The translations under genes were made by a program, and so were the position numbers. Below, in pieces: positions 54,280 through 63,560 of a stretch of 64,000 nt of DNA (position 1 is its first letter; each line of letters begins with the position of its first letter). The stretch comes from Deltaproteobacteria bacterium (lineage in GTDB: Bacteria > Desulfobacterota > Binatia > UBA12015): positions 20,232-84,231 of the forward strand of contig JAYGCM010000004.1 of the NCBI GenBank assembly GCA_046583355.1, written 5' to 3'. The notes beneath the pieces were generated by a model that saw only the letters and a program-made list of their open reading frames with translations, ran no database searches and had not been told where the DNA came from.

Positions 54280-55515
54280 AGGCGGCCTCCAGGCTTCTTG
54301 CGAGGGGGTCCATTCCTGAGTTGCCTGAAGCAGGCAATCCACACGGAGCGCCCAGCTATTGCTCGCGGCAAAAGCTGCGCTTGTTGCGGGTGGGATCTCG
54401 AGAGCGGCCGCTCTCAATACGGCGTCCTTCAGGCTGGTGGTGGAGCAGGCTACGCCGGCAAAGTCGGCGACCTCGGGCAGACCAGTTGCGGCGACGGGGC
54501 AACCCATTGCGAGTGCTTCGAAAACTTTCAAGGGACTCACGGCGCTGGCTACGGGCCCCGAGCGAAAGGGGGCGAGTGCGATATGGGCGTGGGCGAGATA
54601 GGCGGGGATGGATTCGCGGCTGCGTTCGCCCAGAAAATGGATATTCGCGGCCTCGGGAAGGGGCCGATCTCCGCGCCGACCGATCAGGTGGATCTCGGCT
54701 TGCGGCAACGCGGCGGCGAGGTCGCTGATTGCGGCGAAGTCCAGCCACTCTCCCCAGAGTGCCCCGATATAGACGCAGCAGGGTTTGCCCGGCCGTAGGT
54801 CGGTCGGGCGCGGGTGGCTCGCGGAGGCGGCCAGCAGCTGTGGGTCGACGGCGTTGGGCAGCAGCACGCAGGGGCGTTGTATGCGGGTCTCGAGATCGGC
54901 GGCGAGGCTCTGCGCGCTCGCGAAGAGAAGGTCGGCGCGGCGGATCAGAATATCTTCGCTGTCGCGCGAGAACCAGCCACGACCGAGATCCTCCTGCCAG
55001 AGATCGATCTGGTCATAGACGATGGGCACCCCGGCGGGCACATCGGCGAGGAGTTCGATGAAGGCGGGGTGTGGGGCCTCGATCAGCACCAGCGAGGGGC
55101 ATGGCAGGGGTGCCTTGTCCGTGATGTGCGTGATTTGCACGCCGGCAGCAGAGGGCCGGCGCCGTTGGGGCCAGGGGTAGATCTCGAGTGCCCAGCGCCA
55201 ATCGATGTCGAAGCCACGGCGGTAGAGTTCGGCGGCGAGCCGGGCCGGGCGATTGGCTCCGCCGGTATCTTCGGGGGGCACGAGGCTGAGAATGCGGGCC
55301 ACGCCTTGCGGCGCGGCGGCCGATCGATCCGCCGGCCGGAAGACCGTCGTGCGGCTGGCACGTTCGGGGAAAAGGCGGTGGTAGCTGCGCTGGGCAAGGC
55401 CGGACGGACCCGTTGGTCGCAGGCGGTCGTCGAGCCACGCATCCAGAGCCGCGCTTTTGTAGACCGCCGATTTCAACCGATGCGAGAGTCGCTTGCGCAG
55501 AGAAGGGCGCGTCAT
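54274..55515 (-). CDS. GT-B fold glycosyltransferase (GT4-like)
   Basis: VYDQIDLW, LPNAVD, YIGAL..WLD, SPLKVFEALAMGCPV. Confidence 0.8.
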   Translation of the reverse strand: MTRPSLRKRLSHRLKSAVYKSAALDAWLDDRLRPTGPSGLAQRSYHRLFPERASRTTVFRPADRSAAAPQGVARILSLVPPEDTGGANRPARLAAELYRRGFDIDWRWALEIYPWPQRRRPSAAGVQITHITDKAPLPCPSLVLIEAPHPAFIELLADVPAGVPIVYDQIDLWQEDLGRGWFSRDSEDILIRRADLLFASAQSLAADLETRIQRPCVLLPNAVDPQLLAASASHPRPTDLRPGKPCCVYIGALWGEWLDFAAISDLAAALPQAEIHLIGRRGDRPLPEAANIHFLGERSRESIPAYLAHAHIALAPFRSGPVASAVSPLKVFEALAMGCPVAATGLPEVADFAGVACSTTSLKDAVLRAAALEIPPATSAAFAASNSWALRVDCLLQATQEWTPSQEAWRPPL

Positions 55516-55806
55516 CGTGTCGTCCGAGGAGCGCGGCAGCTCTTTTTCTTGAAGTGCCGTGGCCGCAAAACAAGGCTCTTGAGCCCCGGTAGGGTACAAA
55601 AGCAAAGGGTTATGCGGAAGCTTGGCTTCATCGGGGCCACGAGTTCTCTTCGATAGCGTGCCCGGCGCCCGGATGCAGGCCGGTTTTTCGGCCGCGCCTC
55701 CAGGGCTGGTCGGGCCTCGGAGGGTTCTGTTTGCTCTCCCCTCCTATGCTGGATATACGGGAGCTAATCCACTGATAGACGCAGTGCGTCGTCGCAGGAG
55801 ATCGAG

Positions 55807-56307
55807 ATGGAGACGAGATCAGCCAATTCCCTCAGACGAGCATTCCCGGGCTTTCTTGCGGTGTTGGTCCTGGCTGGAGGCGGGCTGGGCTGCTGGCCGG
55901 AGGCCGAATCGCCGCCGAACCAGCACTCGGAGAAAGCCTTGGCCCAGCGCGCACAACTCTATTGGGATTTGAAAACATCTGGTGATATCATGGGTTCGTA
56001 CGAGATCATGGCGGAGTCCTATCGGCGCAGGGTAACACCGGCCGGATTCGCCCGGATCGGCAGTGGCCTGGTTGTTCATACGGGCGCAACTGTGGAATCA
56101 GTAAAGATGAACGATATGGGTGCCGAAGTGGCGATCGAGCTGCGGCATTATTTGAATCGACCGGCCTTCAGGGACATGGAACAAGTGTCGAGGGTAATAG
56201 AGCGCTGGGTCTTCGAGAACGGGGCCTGGTATAGATGGCCCATGGGCATGGCCCGGGGCATCAACTCGCAAGCAGATTTTTCAGCTTCTTCCAGGAGTCA
56301 AACGTGA
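55807..56307 (+). CDS. Small putative lipoprotein, function unknown
   Basis: Basic N-terminus, hydrophobic stretch, GLG-C29; ends ...ERWVFENGAWYR. Confidence 0.7.
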   Translation: METRSANSLRRAFPGFLAVLVLAGGGLGCWPEAESPPNQHSEKALAQRAQLYWDLKTSGDIMGSYEIMAESYRRRVTPAGFARIGSGLVVHTGATVESVKMNDMGAEVAIELRHYLNRPAFRDMEQVSRVIERWVFENGAWYRWPMGMARGINSQADFSASSRSQT

Positions 56308-56321
56308 AACAGGAGACAAAG

Positions 56322-57764
56322 ATGAATCGCAGGAGCCCGATCCAAACGTTGGCGGTATTTGCCGTGGTAGGGCTGGTTGCCTTGTTGGCGACGCCCGTGA
56401 ACGCACAAGACAATATCTACAAGAACTTCGGCGGGCTGGGCAGCGTAGCCGGGCCGACGCTCAACCCGGGCGGCCAGGGCCAAGTGCTCTACGGCGGTTA
56501 TTACGATGTTCGTTCCGTCAACGGCGATGCGCAGCATAACAACCTCCAGATCGTGAACACCAACACGAACGACGCCAGTCTGCCGGTGTGCAGTACCGAG
56601 GATTTCGATGCCGGCATTGCAGGCGAGGATTGCTACGATGTCACGGGCGGAATTCTCGCGAAGGTCCGCTTCCGCGCCGCCATGGATAGCGAGGAAGTCC
56701 TCGACTTCGTGATCGCGCTTTCGTGCGGCGAGGTCTGGGCCGGCGCGGTCCAATTGAGCGGCAACGGGATGCCCTTTATCCGCTCTGATTTTCCGGTCTA
56801 CGATGTCGGTAGTACGGTCAGACCGGCCTTGGCGGTCACGACCAGCCGGGGCTTCGCGGGTGGCTATGCGTTTCCGGGTGCCCTCGGGGTGACGGCTGAC
56901 GATATGTCGCGTGGCTCGATTGAGGTCATCGCGATGGAGTCTTTGTTCTGTGAACCCGACGCTGGCGCGCTCTCGCCGAGCGGCGTGGATACCTGGACGC
57001 GCCTGGGTACGATGGCGGGGAGCAACGCGCTCTCCGGCGTGGTCTTCCAGGTTCGCGCCGCTGCGGGTGTCTCCTATGCCTACAATATGGACGCGATCTC
57101 GCGTTTCGCAAACGGTGGAAGCCTCGCCCCTGAAGATCTGCTCGCGGCCAATGAACCCAATGCAACCGATTGTGATGTGGCCGGCCTCTCCGAGGAAGGT
57201 TGCCTTGCTGCGATCAGTCTGGCGCTGTCCAAGAGTCGGGTCGTTGCGCAATACGATATCGAAGCGGGCACCAGCGGCAGCACGAATATCGTCTTGACCT
57301 TGCCGAATAAGCACCTTTATTGTGCCGGCGGCGGTGCCAACGGCCCCTTCCAATGCGATGCCGCAGGCGAGCAGGTTGGTGTGGAACTTTATGACCGGCG
57401 CGAGAACTTCGCCGCCGAGGGCGATGCGCGTCTTCCTTATGAGGTCACAGTCGTCAGCATCACGGCGGATGGCTTGCCCCGAGGCAACGCGGATATCGCC
57501 TGGCAGCCGGGCGTCGGCCTGAGCATGGAGTCGGGCTGGCTCACGATCGATCTGACGAGGAACTTCGATGGCGTCTTGGTTCACGAAGAATCCGATGCGA
57601 GCTTGAGCGTTCTCGGCATGCCGGTCGACGGCTACCGTGGCTTGCCTACGATCGCTCTGGTCCTCCAGGAGTTCATAAGCGACGCAACCGCCGCGGGTAG
57701 TACCTACGGCAGCACCGTGGCGGCGGGTACGTCACAACAGGTTCTTCTCGGCGACCCGAGCTGA
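56322..57764 (+). CDS. Secreted acidic cell-surface protein, candidate S-layer subunit
   Basis: AGGAG RBS; Sec signal ending VNA|Q; G/A/D/S/T/V-rich and Lys-poor; 8 Cys; followed by a strong terminator. Confidence 0.65.
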   Translation: MNRRSPIQTLAVFAVVGLVALLATPVNAQDNIYKNFGGLGSVAGPTLNPGGQGQVLYGGYYDVRSVNGDAQHNNLQIVNTNTNDASLPVCSTEDFDAGIAGEDCYDVTGGILAKVRFRAAMDSEEVLDFVIALSCGEVWAGAVQLSGNGMPFIRSDFPVYDVGSTVRPALAVTTSRGFAGGYAFPGALGVTADDMSRGSIEVIAMESLFCEPDAGALSPSGVDTWTRLGTMAGSNALSGVVFQVRAAAGVSYAYNMDAISRFANGGSLAPEDLLAANEPNATDCDVAGLSEEGCLAAISLALSKSRVVAQYDIEAGTSGSTNIVLTLPNKHLYCAGGGANGPFQCDAAGEQVGVELYDRRENFAAEGDARLPYEVTVVSITADGLPRGNADIAWQPGVGLSMESGWLTIDLTRNFDGVLVHEESDASLSVLGMPVDGYRGLPTIALVLQEFISDATAAGSTYGSTVAAGTSQQVLLGDPS

Positions 57765-57812
57765 TCCGGACCTGATAAACAACGTCCCGAGTGTCCCGGA
57801 CACGCGGGTGGA

Positions 57813-57851
57813 GAGGCCGCATCCTGAGAGGGGTGCGGCCTTTTCGGTTTT
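57813..57851 (+). terminator. Rho-independent terminator
   Basis: AGGCCGCATCCT-GAGA-GGGGTGCGGCCT followed by TTTCGGTTTT. Confidence 0.8.
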
Positions 57852-57900
57852 GGCCCTCTGTTCCGGTACGGTGGCGAAGACCCTGCCTGGGAGGCTGATA

Positions 57901-58842
57901 GTGCAGATCGTATATGGGAGATTTTGCCGGACCTTTGCCGCCGCCCTGGTGGCTGTGGGCATCGGCGCGCTTTCGGCCGTGTCGGCGGAGGTGCCGCTGG
58001 TGCTGCGCTTTGCCGGGAGCGAAACGGGTGCGGATAAAATCCTAGCGGAGTTTGCGGCCTTGCCACCGGGGGAAATCGCGCGGGCCCGAACCGATGATTT
58101 CGCTGCTCGTAACCTGGCACTGAATTGGTACCACCGGATTCTCTTTGCTCGCGCCGCGCAAGACGATGGCCTGCTGCTTCGCAAGCCCGGTCTGGCACAG
58201 GCCGCGGCCGCCCAATCCCGCCGGCTGGTCGCCGGCGCCTATATCGACGACTTGGCAAAGACCCGCTTTGCCCCGACAGAGCAGGAACTACAGCAGCTTC
58301 ATGATCTGGAACCGGGGCTCTGTATAGCGAACCCGCGCATTCGTTTGGCGCGTCTGGGAGTCTCGCTTGCGCGTCATGCCGGCGAGGCCGAACGGGTCGC
58401 CGCCAAGATTCGTATGGATTCCCTCCTGCAGCGCCTTGCCGCCGGGGCGGCCTTCGCTACCGTCGCGGACGAGGCTTCGGATTTCGTCGAATCCGGTGGC
58501 GGCGGTGATATGGGCTGGCTGTCCCACAAATCCGTGCGTGCGGCGCCCGGCGGCGAGTCGTTGATACGCGTGCCGGTAGGTGGTCGCAGCGAGGTGCTGG
58601 AGACCGGCATGGGTTGGGTTCTTTTCGAGGTGATCGCGCGCGAAGAGGAGGGACGTCTGGACTTTGCGCAATGCCGCTCGCGCCTCAAAGCCGCGATCAC
58701 CGAGCATTACCTTCGCGACCTGCGCCGAGGCAGCATCGAGAGGCTGGCCGCACGCTATGATGCCTTTCTTGATATCGACGCCTTTGTGGCTGCAGTGCGT
58801 GCTGTGCCGGCAGTCGATGACCCGCGGGTACAGCGCCGCTGA
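57901..58842 (+). CDS. Exported parvulin-type peptidyl-prolyl isomerase (PpiC/PrsA/SurA-like)
   Basis: GTG after GGGAGG; signal-like N-terminus; F..VA..AS......GGDMGW, SEVLET..GW. Confidence 0.75.
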   Translation: MQIVYGRFCRTFAAALVAVGIGALSAVSAEVPLVLRFAGSETGADKILAEFAALPPGEIARARTDDFAARNLALNWYHRILFARAAQDDGLLLRKPGLAQAAAAQSRRLVAGAYIDDLAKTRFAPTEQELQQLHDLEPGLCIANPRIRLARLGVSLARHAGEAERVAAKIRMDSLLQRLAAGAAFATVADEASDFVESGGGGDMGWLSHKSVRAAPGGESLIRVPVGGRSEVLETGMGWVLFEVIAREEEGRLDFAQCRSRLKAAITEHYLRDLRRGSIERLAARYDAFLDIDAFVAAVRAVPAVDDPRVQRR

Positions 58843-58865
58843 CCGCGCGGCGACTCGGGAACGGA

Positions 58866-60032
58866 ATGTTGAGGGTAGCCGAGGTTGGGAAGTCCTATCG
58901 TCTCCGCGCGGGGGGCTCTGCCCGAGATGCGTTCTGGGCGGTACGGGGCATCTCGTTCTCGCTGGCTCGCGGTGAGACGCTTGGCTTGATCGGTTGCAAC
59001 GGGGCCGGAAAATCGACGCTCCTGGGGATTCTCGCCGGCACGATCCGGCAGACCTGCGGCAGCGTTGTCGCGGACGGCCAAGTCGCCAGCCTGCTGGACC
59101 TCGGCCCGGGGTTTCATCCTCTCGAGACTGGCCGGGAGAACGCTGCGACCATGTTGGCCCTCTACGCACGCCGGTCGCGCGGCGAAGTGCGGGCCCGCAT
59201 GCCCGAGATCGAGCGCTTTGCTGGCCTCGGGGATCGGTTTGATGACCCGATCCGGACTTATTCTGACGGCATGCGTTTGCGCCTTGGTTTCGCGGTGGTC
59301 TCGGTGCTGGAGCCCGAGATTCTGCTTACGGACGAGGTTCTGGCGGTCGGCGATGAAGAGTTCCAGCGTCGTTGTGAGGGTTGGTTCGACCGCTTTCTTG
59401 GAGGTGGCGGCACCTTCGTCCTCTGCTCCCACGACCTCTCGCGGATCGGCCGCCTTTGCCAGCGCACCTTATGGCTCGATGGGGGCCGGGTGCGTGAGTT
59501 CGGCGAGACGCGTGAGGTCGTGCGGCATTACCGCGAGGCGATGGGCGAGCCTGGCGCGGGTCGGCGGGAGGGTGGCGATCCGGCCGGTGTGGCGCATGCT
59601 GCGGGGACATACTCTGGCCGCTCCTTCGAGGTCACGGCCTTGCGGCTGGTCGATGATGCCGGACGGGATTGCGAGCGCATCCGCCACGGCGATTCGCTCG
59701 GTGCGATCATTGACCTTACGGCGCCGTCCGGCCGTCCGCATGTTTTTGTCGGAATCACGACGGCGGACCTGACACCGGTCTACGGCGTGGCGAGCGATAT
59801 GGATGCCGCACCGCTCGAGTCGCTGGGCGGCAGTGCCTACCGGTTTCGCATCCGCTTTCCGCATCTTCCTTTGCTGGAGGGGGGCTATCGCTTGCGCGCG
59901 CACGCGCTCGACGAGACCGGCACGCGGCTCTATGACACCGTCGAGTTGCTATTTCAGGTGGAGGACGCACCCGGTATTGGGCGCGGGTTGGTGCGATTGG
60001 CGAGCAGTTTCCGGGCGGACACGGGCGCATGA
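58866..60032 (+). CDS. wzt: Polysaccharide ABC exporter ATPase (Wzt-like, copy 2) with C-terminal domain
   Basis: FWAVRGISF, GCNGAGKST, YSDGMRLRLGF, DEVLAVGD, SHD; beta-rich C-domain. Confidence 0.88.
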   Translation: MLRVAEVGKSYRLRAGGSARDAFWAVRGISFSLARGETLGLIGCNGAGKSTLLGILAGTIRQTCGSVVADGQVASLLDLGPGFHPLETGRENAATMLALYARRSRGEVRARMPEIERFAGLGDRFDDPIRTYSDGMRLRLGFAVVSVLEPEILLTDEVLAVGDEEFQRRCEGWFDRFLGGGGTFVLCSHDLSRIGRLCQRTLWLDGGRVREFGETREVVRHYREAMGEPGAGRREGGDPAGVAHAAGTYSGRSFEVTALRLVDDAGRDCERIRHGDSLGAIIDLTAPSGRPHVFVGITTADLTPVYGVASDMDAAPLESLGGSAYRFRIRFPHLPLLEGGYRLRAHALDETGTRLYDTVELLFQVEDAPGIGRGLVRLASSFRADTGA

Positions 60033-61150
60033 AAATTCTCGCCGTGCTCGGGACGCGTCCCGAGGCGATCAAGATGGCCCCGGTGATCCGCGAGGCACGG
60101 GCGCGTGGTTTGGAGATACTCGTCTGCGTCACCGCACAGCATCGGGAGATGCTGGACCAGGTGCTGCGTCTCTTCGCGATCGAGGCCGATTTCGATCTCG
60201 ACCTGATGGAAGAAGGCCAGACGCTCGCCTCCTTGACCGCGCGTGTGCTGACCGGGCTCGATCCCGTATTGGCCGAGGTGCAGCCCGATTGGGTTCTCGT
60301 CCAAGGGGATACGACTACGGCGATGGTCGCCGCATTGGCGGCCTTCTACCGGCGCATTCCCGTCGGCCATATCGAGGCGGGATTGCGTACCGGAACGCTC
60401 GACCAGCCCTTTCCCGAAGAGCTGAACCGGCGCATGGCCGACACGCTCAGCGCGGTTCATTTTCTCCCCACTGAATCGGCGCGCATCAATCTCGAACGCG
60501 AAGGTTTCGTGCCATCCTCCCTGGCGATCACCGGTAATACGGTGGTGGACGCCTTGGCCTGGGTGCGCTCGCTGCCGGGCGATGCCCTGGCCGCGTCGGG
60601 ACTTCCTTTGGACGGTGCCGACGAACGGCTGATTGTCGTCACGGCCCACCGTCGCGAGAGTCTCGGTGCGGGCATGCGCGAGATTGCCGCGGCGATCCGC
60701 GAGATCGCCGCGACCCATGCCGATGTGCGGTTTGTCTATCCCGTGCATCGCAACCCGCAGGTACGCCGTGTCATGGAGGAAGTGCTCGGCGGTATCCCGC
60801 GGGTTCATCTGCTGCCGCCGCTGGACTACCTTGCCTTCGTGCAGCTTATGTCACGCGCGTATTTGATTCTCACCGACTCGGGCGGCGTCCAGGAGGAGGC
60901 CCCGGCGCTGGGCATCCCGGCCCTGGTATTGCGCGAGACCACCGAACGTCCCGAGGCAGTCGCGGCGGGCGCGGTGCGGTTGGTCGGCGTGCGCGCTGAC
61001 GCGATTGTGCGTGCGACCAACGAATTACTTGGCGATGTCGATACCTGGCGGCGGATGGCGGCTGCGATCAATCCCTATGGTGACGGGCACGCCTCGGAGC
61101 GTATCGTTCGGATTCTCCTGGGCGAGCCATGGGAGCCCTTCGCGCCGTGA
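60029..61150 (+). CDS. wecB: UDP-N-acetylglucosamine 2-epimerase (non-hydrolysing)
   Basis: GTRPEAIK, QGDTTT, HIEAGLR, HRRE, TDSGGVQEEAP, NPYGDG. Confidence 0.95.
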   Translation: MKILAVLGTRPEAIKMAPVIREARARGLEILVCVTAQHREMLDQVLRLFAIEADFDLDLMEEGQTLASLTARVLTGLDPVLAEVQPDWVLVQGDTTTAMVAALAAFYRRIPVGHIEAGLRTGTLDQPFPEELNRRMADTLSAVHFLPTESARINLEREGFVPSSLAITGNTVVDALAWVRSLPGDALAASGLPLDGADERLIVVTAHRRESLGAGMREIAAAIREIAATHADVRFVYPVHRNPQVRRVMEEVLGGIPRVHLLPPLDYLAFVQLMSRAYLILTDSGGVQEEAPALGIPALVLRETTERPEAVAAGAVRLVGVRADAIVRATNELLGDVDTWRRMAAAINPYGDGHASERIVRILLGEPWEPFAP

Positions 61151-62292
61151 GTCGCATTGCTCTCCTCGGGCCGATCCACCCCCTGCGCGGCGGCATCGCA
61201 TTGCATACCGCGCGCTTTGCCGCGGCTCTCCGCGCCGATGGGCATGTGGTGCGCGTGGTCAGTTGGCGGCGTCAATACCCGGCGGCATTCTTTCCCGGGC
61301 GGAGCCAGCTGGATCCCGGTCCTCCGGTTTGCGATCTGGGCGAACCTCCGCCCGAGGCAATGCTCGACTCGATCGGGCCACGTTCCTGGGGCCGGGTCGC
61401 GCGTGCCCTGGCCGCCTGGCAACCGGAGTTTGTCGTGCTCCAGCGCTGGCATCCCTTCCTTGCCCCGGCGCTTGCCTGGGTGGCTCGGTGTCTGCGTCGC
61501 CAAGGGGCAAAGGTCGTCTGGATGGTGCATAATGCTCGGCCGCATGAAGGCCGGGCAGGACTCTGGGGGCCGATTCTACGCATCGGATACAAGGCCGAGG
61601 ACCTCTGCCTCACGCATGCCGCAAGCGAGGCGGTGGCGTTGCGCGGGCTGGGCGTGCGGGCGGCGATCCGCACGATTCCGCATCCGGCGCCGGCGACAGC
61701 GCCGCCCCTCGATCCGGTTGCAGCGCGTGCGGCGCTGGGGTTGCCGGCAGAGGGCATCGTCTTTCTCTTCTTCGGCTACGTGCGCCCTTATAAAGGCGTA
61801 GATCTTCTGATCAAAGCGCTGGCGCTTCTCACGCAGCGGCCTGAGCCGTGGACGGCCGTGATCGCGGGCGAGTGGTATATGGACCGCGCGCCAGCCGAGC
61901 GCGCGCTGGCGGCGGGTGGGCTTGTCGAGCGGGTGCGCATTGGGAACCGATTCCTGCCCGAAGATGAATTGGGCGAACTCTTTGCCGCCGCTTCGGTCGT
62001 GGTTCTGCCGTATCGTTCGGGGACACAATCGGGAGTGGTGCCGCAGGCTTTTGCGCATGGTCGCCCGGTCGTGGTCACGCAGGTAGGAAGCGTGGCCGAC
62101 GCAGTCGAGGAGGGCGTGACCGGATTTGTCGTGCCGCCCGAAAATGCACGCGCATTGGCCGACGCTCTCGGCCTCATCCTGGACGGCGTGCGTTTCTCGC
62201 GCGCGGCGATCGAGGCTGCGCACGGCGCAGCTTCGTGGGTGCCTCTGGCCCATGCGGTGGTCGCGCGCGGGGTCGCGGGAGCGGCGCTATGA
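61147..62292 (+). CDS. Glycosyltransferase family 4
   Basis: RGGIA, FFGYVRPYKG, VLPYRSGTQSGV. Confidence 0.88.
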   Translation: MSRIALLGPIHPLRGGIALHTARFAAALRADGHVVRVVSWRRQYPAAFFPGRSQLDPGPPVCDLGEPPPEAMLDSIGPRSWGRVARALAAWQPEFVVLQRWHPFLAPALAWVARCLRRQGAKVVWMVHNARPHEGRAGLWGPILRIGYKAEDLCLTHAASEAVALRGLGVRAAIRTIPHPAPATAPPLDPVAARAALGLPAEGIVFLFFGYVRPYKGVDLLIKALALLTQRPEPWTAVIAGEWYMDRAPAERALAAGGLVERVRIGNRFLPEDELGELFAAASVVVLPYRSGTQSGVVPQAFAHGRPVVVTQVGSVADAVEEGVTGFVVPPENARALADALGLILDGVRFSRAAIEAAHGAASWVPLAHAVVARGVAGAAL

Positions 62293-63560
62293 AGATTCTC
62301 GTATTGGTACACGCCCTGCCCGGGCCGGGCAGCGGTGGTGTCGAGGCTGTGGCGATGGAACAGGCGCGTGCGCTTCGCGCGCGCGGCCACGAGGTGCGCC
62401 TCTTCACCCGCGCGGCCGGGCCGGGCTCGCGGCCGCGGTCGCCCGAAGGCGAATGGTATGATGCGCAGGTCGAGGAATTTCCGGTGCGTTATGTGAGTCA
62501 CGCGGTGGGCGACCCACCGAATTTCCGCGCTCTCTTTATCAATAAAGTATTTGATAGGGCGTTCGCGAGCCTGCTCGCGGAGTTTCGCCCCGATATCGTA
62601 CATGCGCAGCACCTGGTCCATCTTTCGCTTGGCCTCGCGGCCGCAGCCCGGCAGGCGGGTATTCCCTTCGTGCTCTCGTTGCATGATTTTTTCTTCCTCT
62701 GCGACAGGCTTTTTTTGCTCGACCGCGAGGGGCAGCGTTGCGCCGGGCCGGATAGGGGCGAGCGCTGCGTGGCCTGTCTGGCCGAGGTCTGCGCGCCGGT
62801 CGACGCCCGCTGGCGCTTCGCGGCCATGCAGGAGGCGCTGGCTTGTGCCGACGCCCTGGTCGCCCCTGGTGCTTCGTTGGCGCACCGCATGGTTGGCGCC
62901 ATGCCTGGTCTGGCGACGAAATTACGCGTGATCGAGCCCGGTATCGAAGTGTCGGGTGCTGGGGCGGCGAGGACCCGCGTGGCGCGCGTGCGCCAGACCG
63001 GGCCGTTGCGTTTTCTTTTTGTCGGCGGCGCGCAGCCGCATAAGGGGCTCGACCTGCTGATCGAAGCCTGCGCTGGTCTCGACCCCGAGGGTTGGGAGCT
63101 TTCGGTGCGTGGCGGGGCCGCACCCGAGTCGGCCTGGTGGCGTGGTCTGCGCGCGCGCAGCGCCGGCTTGCCGATCCACTGGCAGGGGGGCTTTGCACCG
63201 CGCGACGCGCCGATGGTTTTTGCGGCGGCTGATGTTCTGGTTGTGGCCTCGCGTTGTGATGAGTCGTGGTCACGTGTGGTGCGCGAGGCGCGCGTCGCGG
63301 GTTGCGCGGTGGTCGCGCCCGCCGTCGGCGGACCCGCCGCCCTGCTCGAGCATGGTCGTGACGCTTTGCTGGTTGAGCCCGCTTCGGCCCCGGCATTGGG
63401 CGCTGCGCTGCGCCGCCTGCTTGCCGAAGAGGGGCTTTGTGCCTCCCTGCAGGCTGCCGCGACCCCGATCGCGACTACCGTGCAGGCCGCAGGCGAGTTG
63501 GAGTTGCTCTTTCACGAATTGCTCGGTCGCGGTACGGATACTTCGGGGACTCTTGAATGA
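62289..63560 (+). CDS. Glycosyltransferase family 4
   Basis: GGVE, PDIVHAQH, LHDFF..C, HKGLD, ESWSRVVREA. Confidence 0.86.
   Translation: MKILVLVHALPGPGSGGVEAVAMEQARALRARGHEVRLFTRAAGPGSRPRSPEGEWYDAQVEEFPVRYVSHAVGDPPNFRALFINKVFDRAFASLLAEFRPDIVHAQHLVHLSLGLAAAARQAGIPFVLSLHDFFFLCDRLFLLDREGQRCAGPDRGERCVACLAEVCAPVDARWRFAAMQEALACADALVAPGASLAHRMVGAMPGLATKLRVIEPGIEVSGAGAARTRVARVRQTGPLRFLFVGGAQPHKGLDLLIEACAGLDPEGWELSVRGGAAPESAWWRGLRARSAGLPIHWQGGFAPRDAPMVFAAADVLVVASRCDESWSRVVREARVAGCAVVAPAVGGPAALLEHGRDALLVEPASAPALGAALRRLLAEEGLCASLQAAATPIATTVQAAGELELLFHELLGRGTDTSGTLE

Noticed and set aside
55622..55972. Short ORFs in the divergent region before the lipoprotein
   Set aside because: No RBS or motifs and they overlap a better ORF; probably promoter DNA
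57808..57900. Longer start for the PPIase ORF
   Set aside because: Runs through the terminator; GTG 57901 has a good RBS
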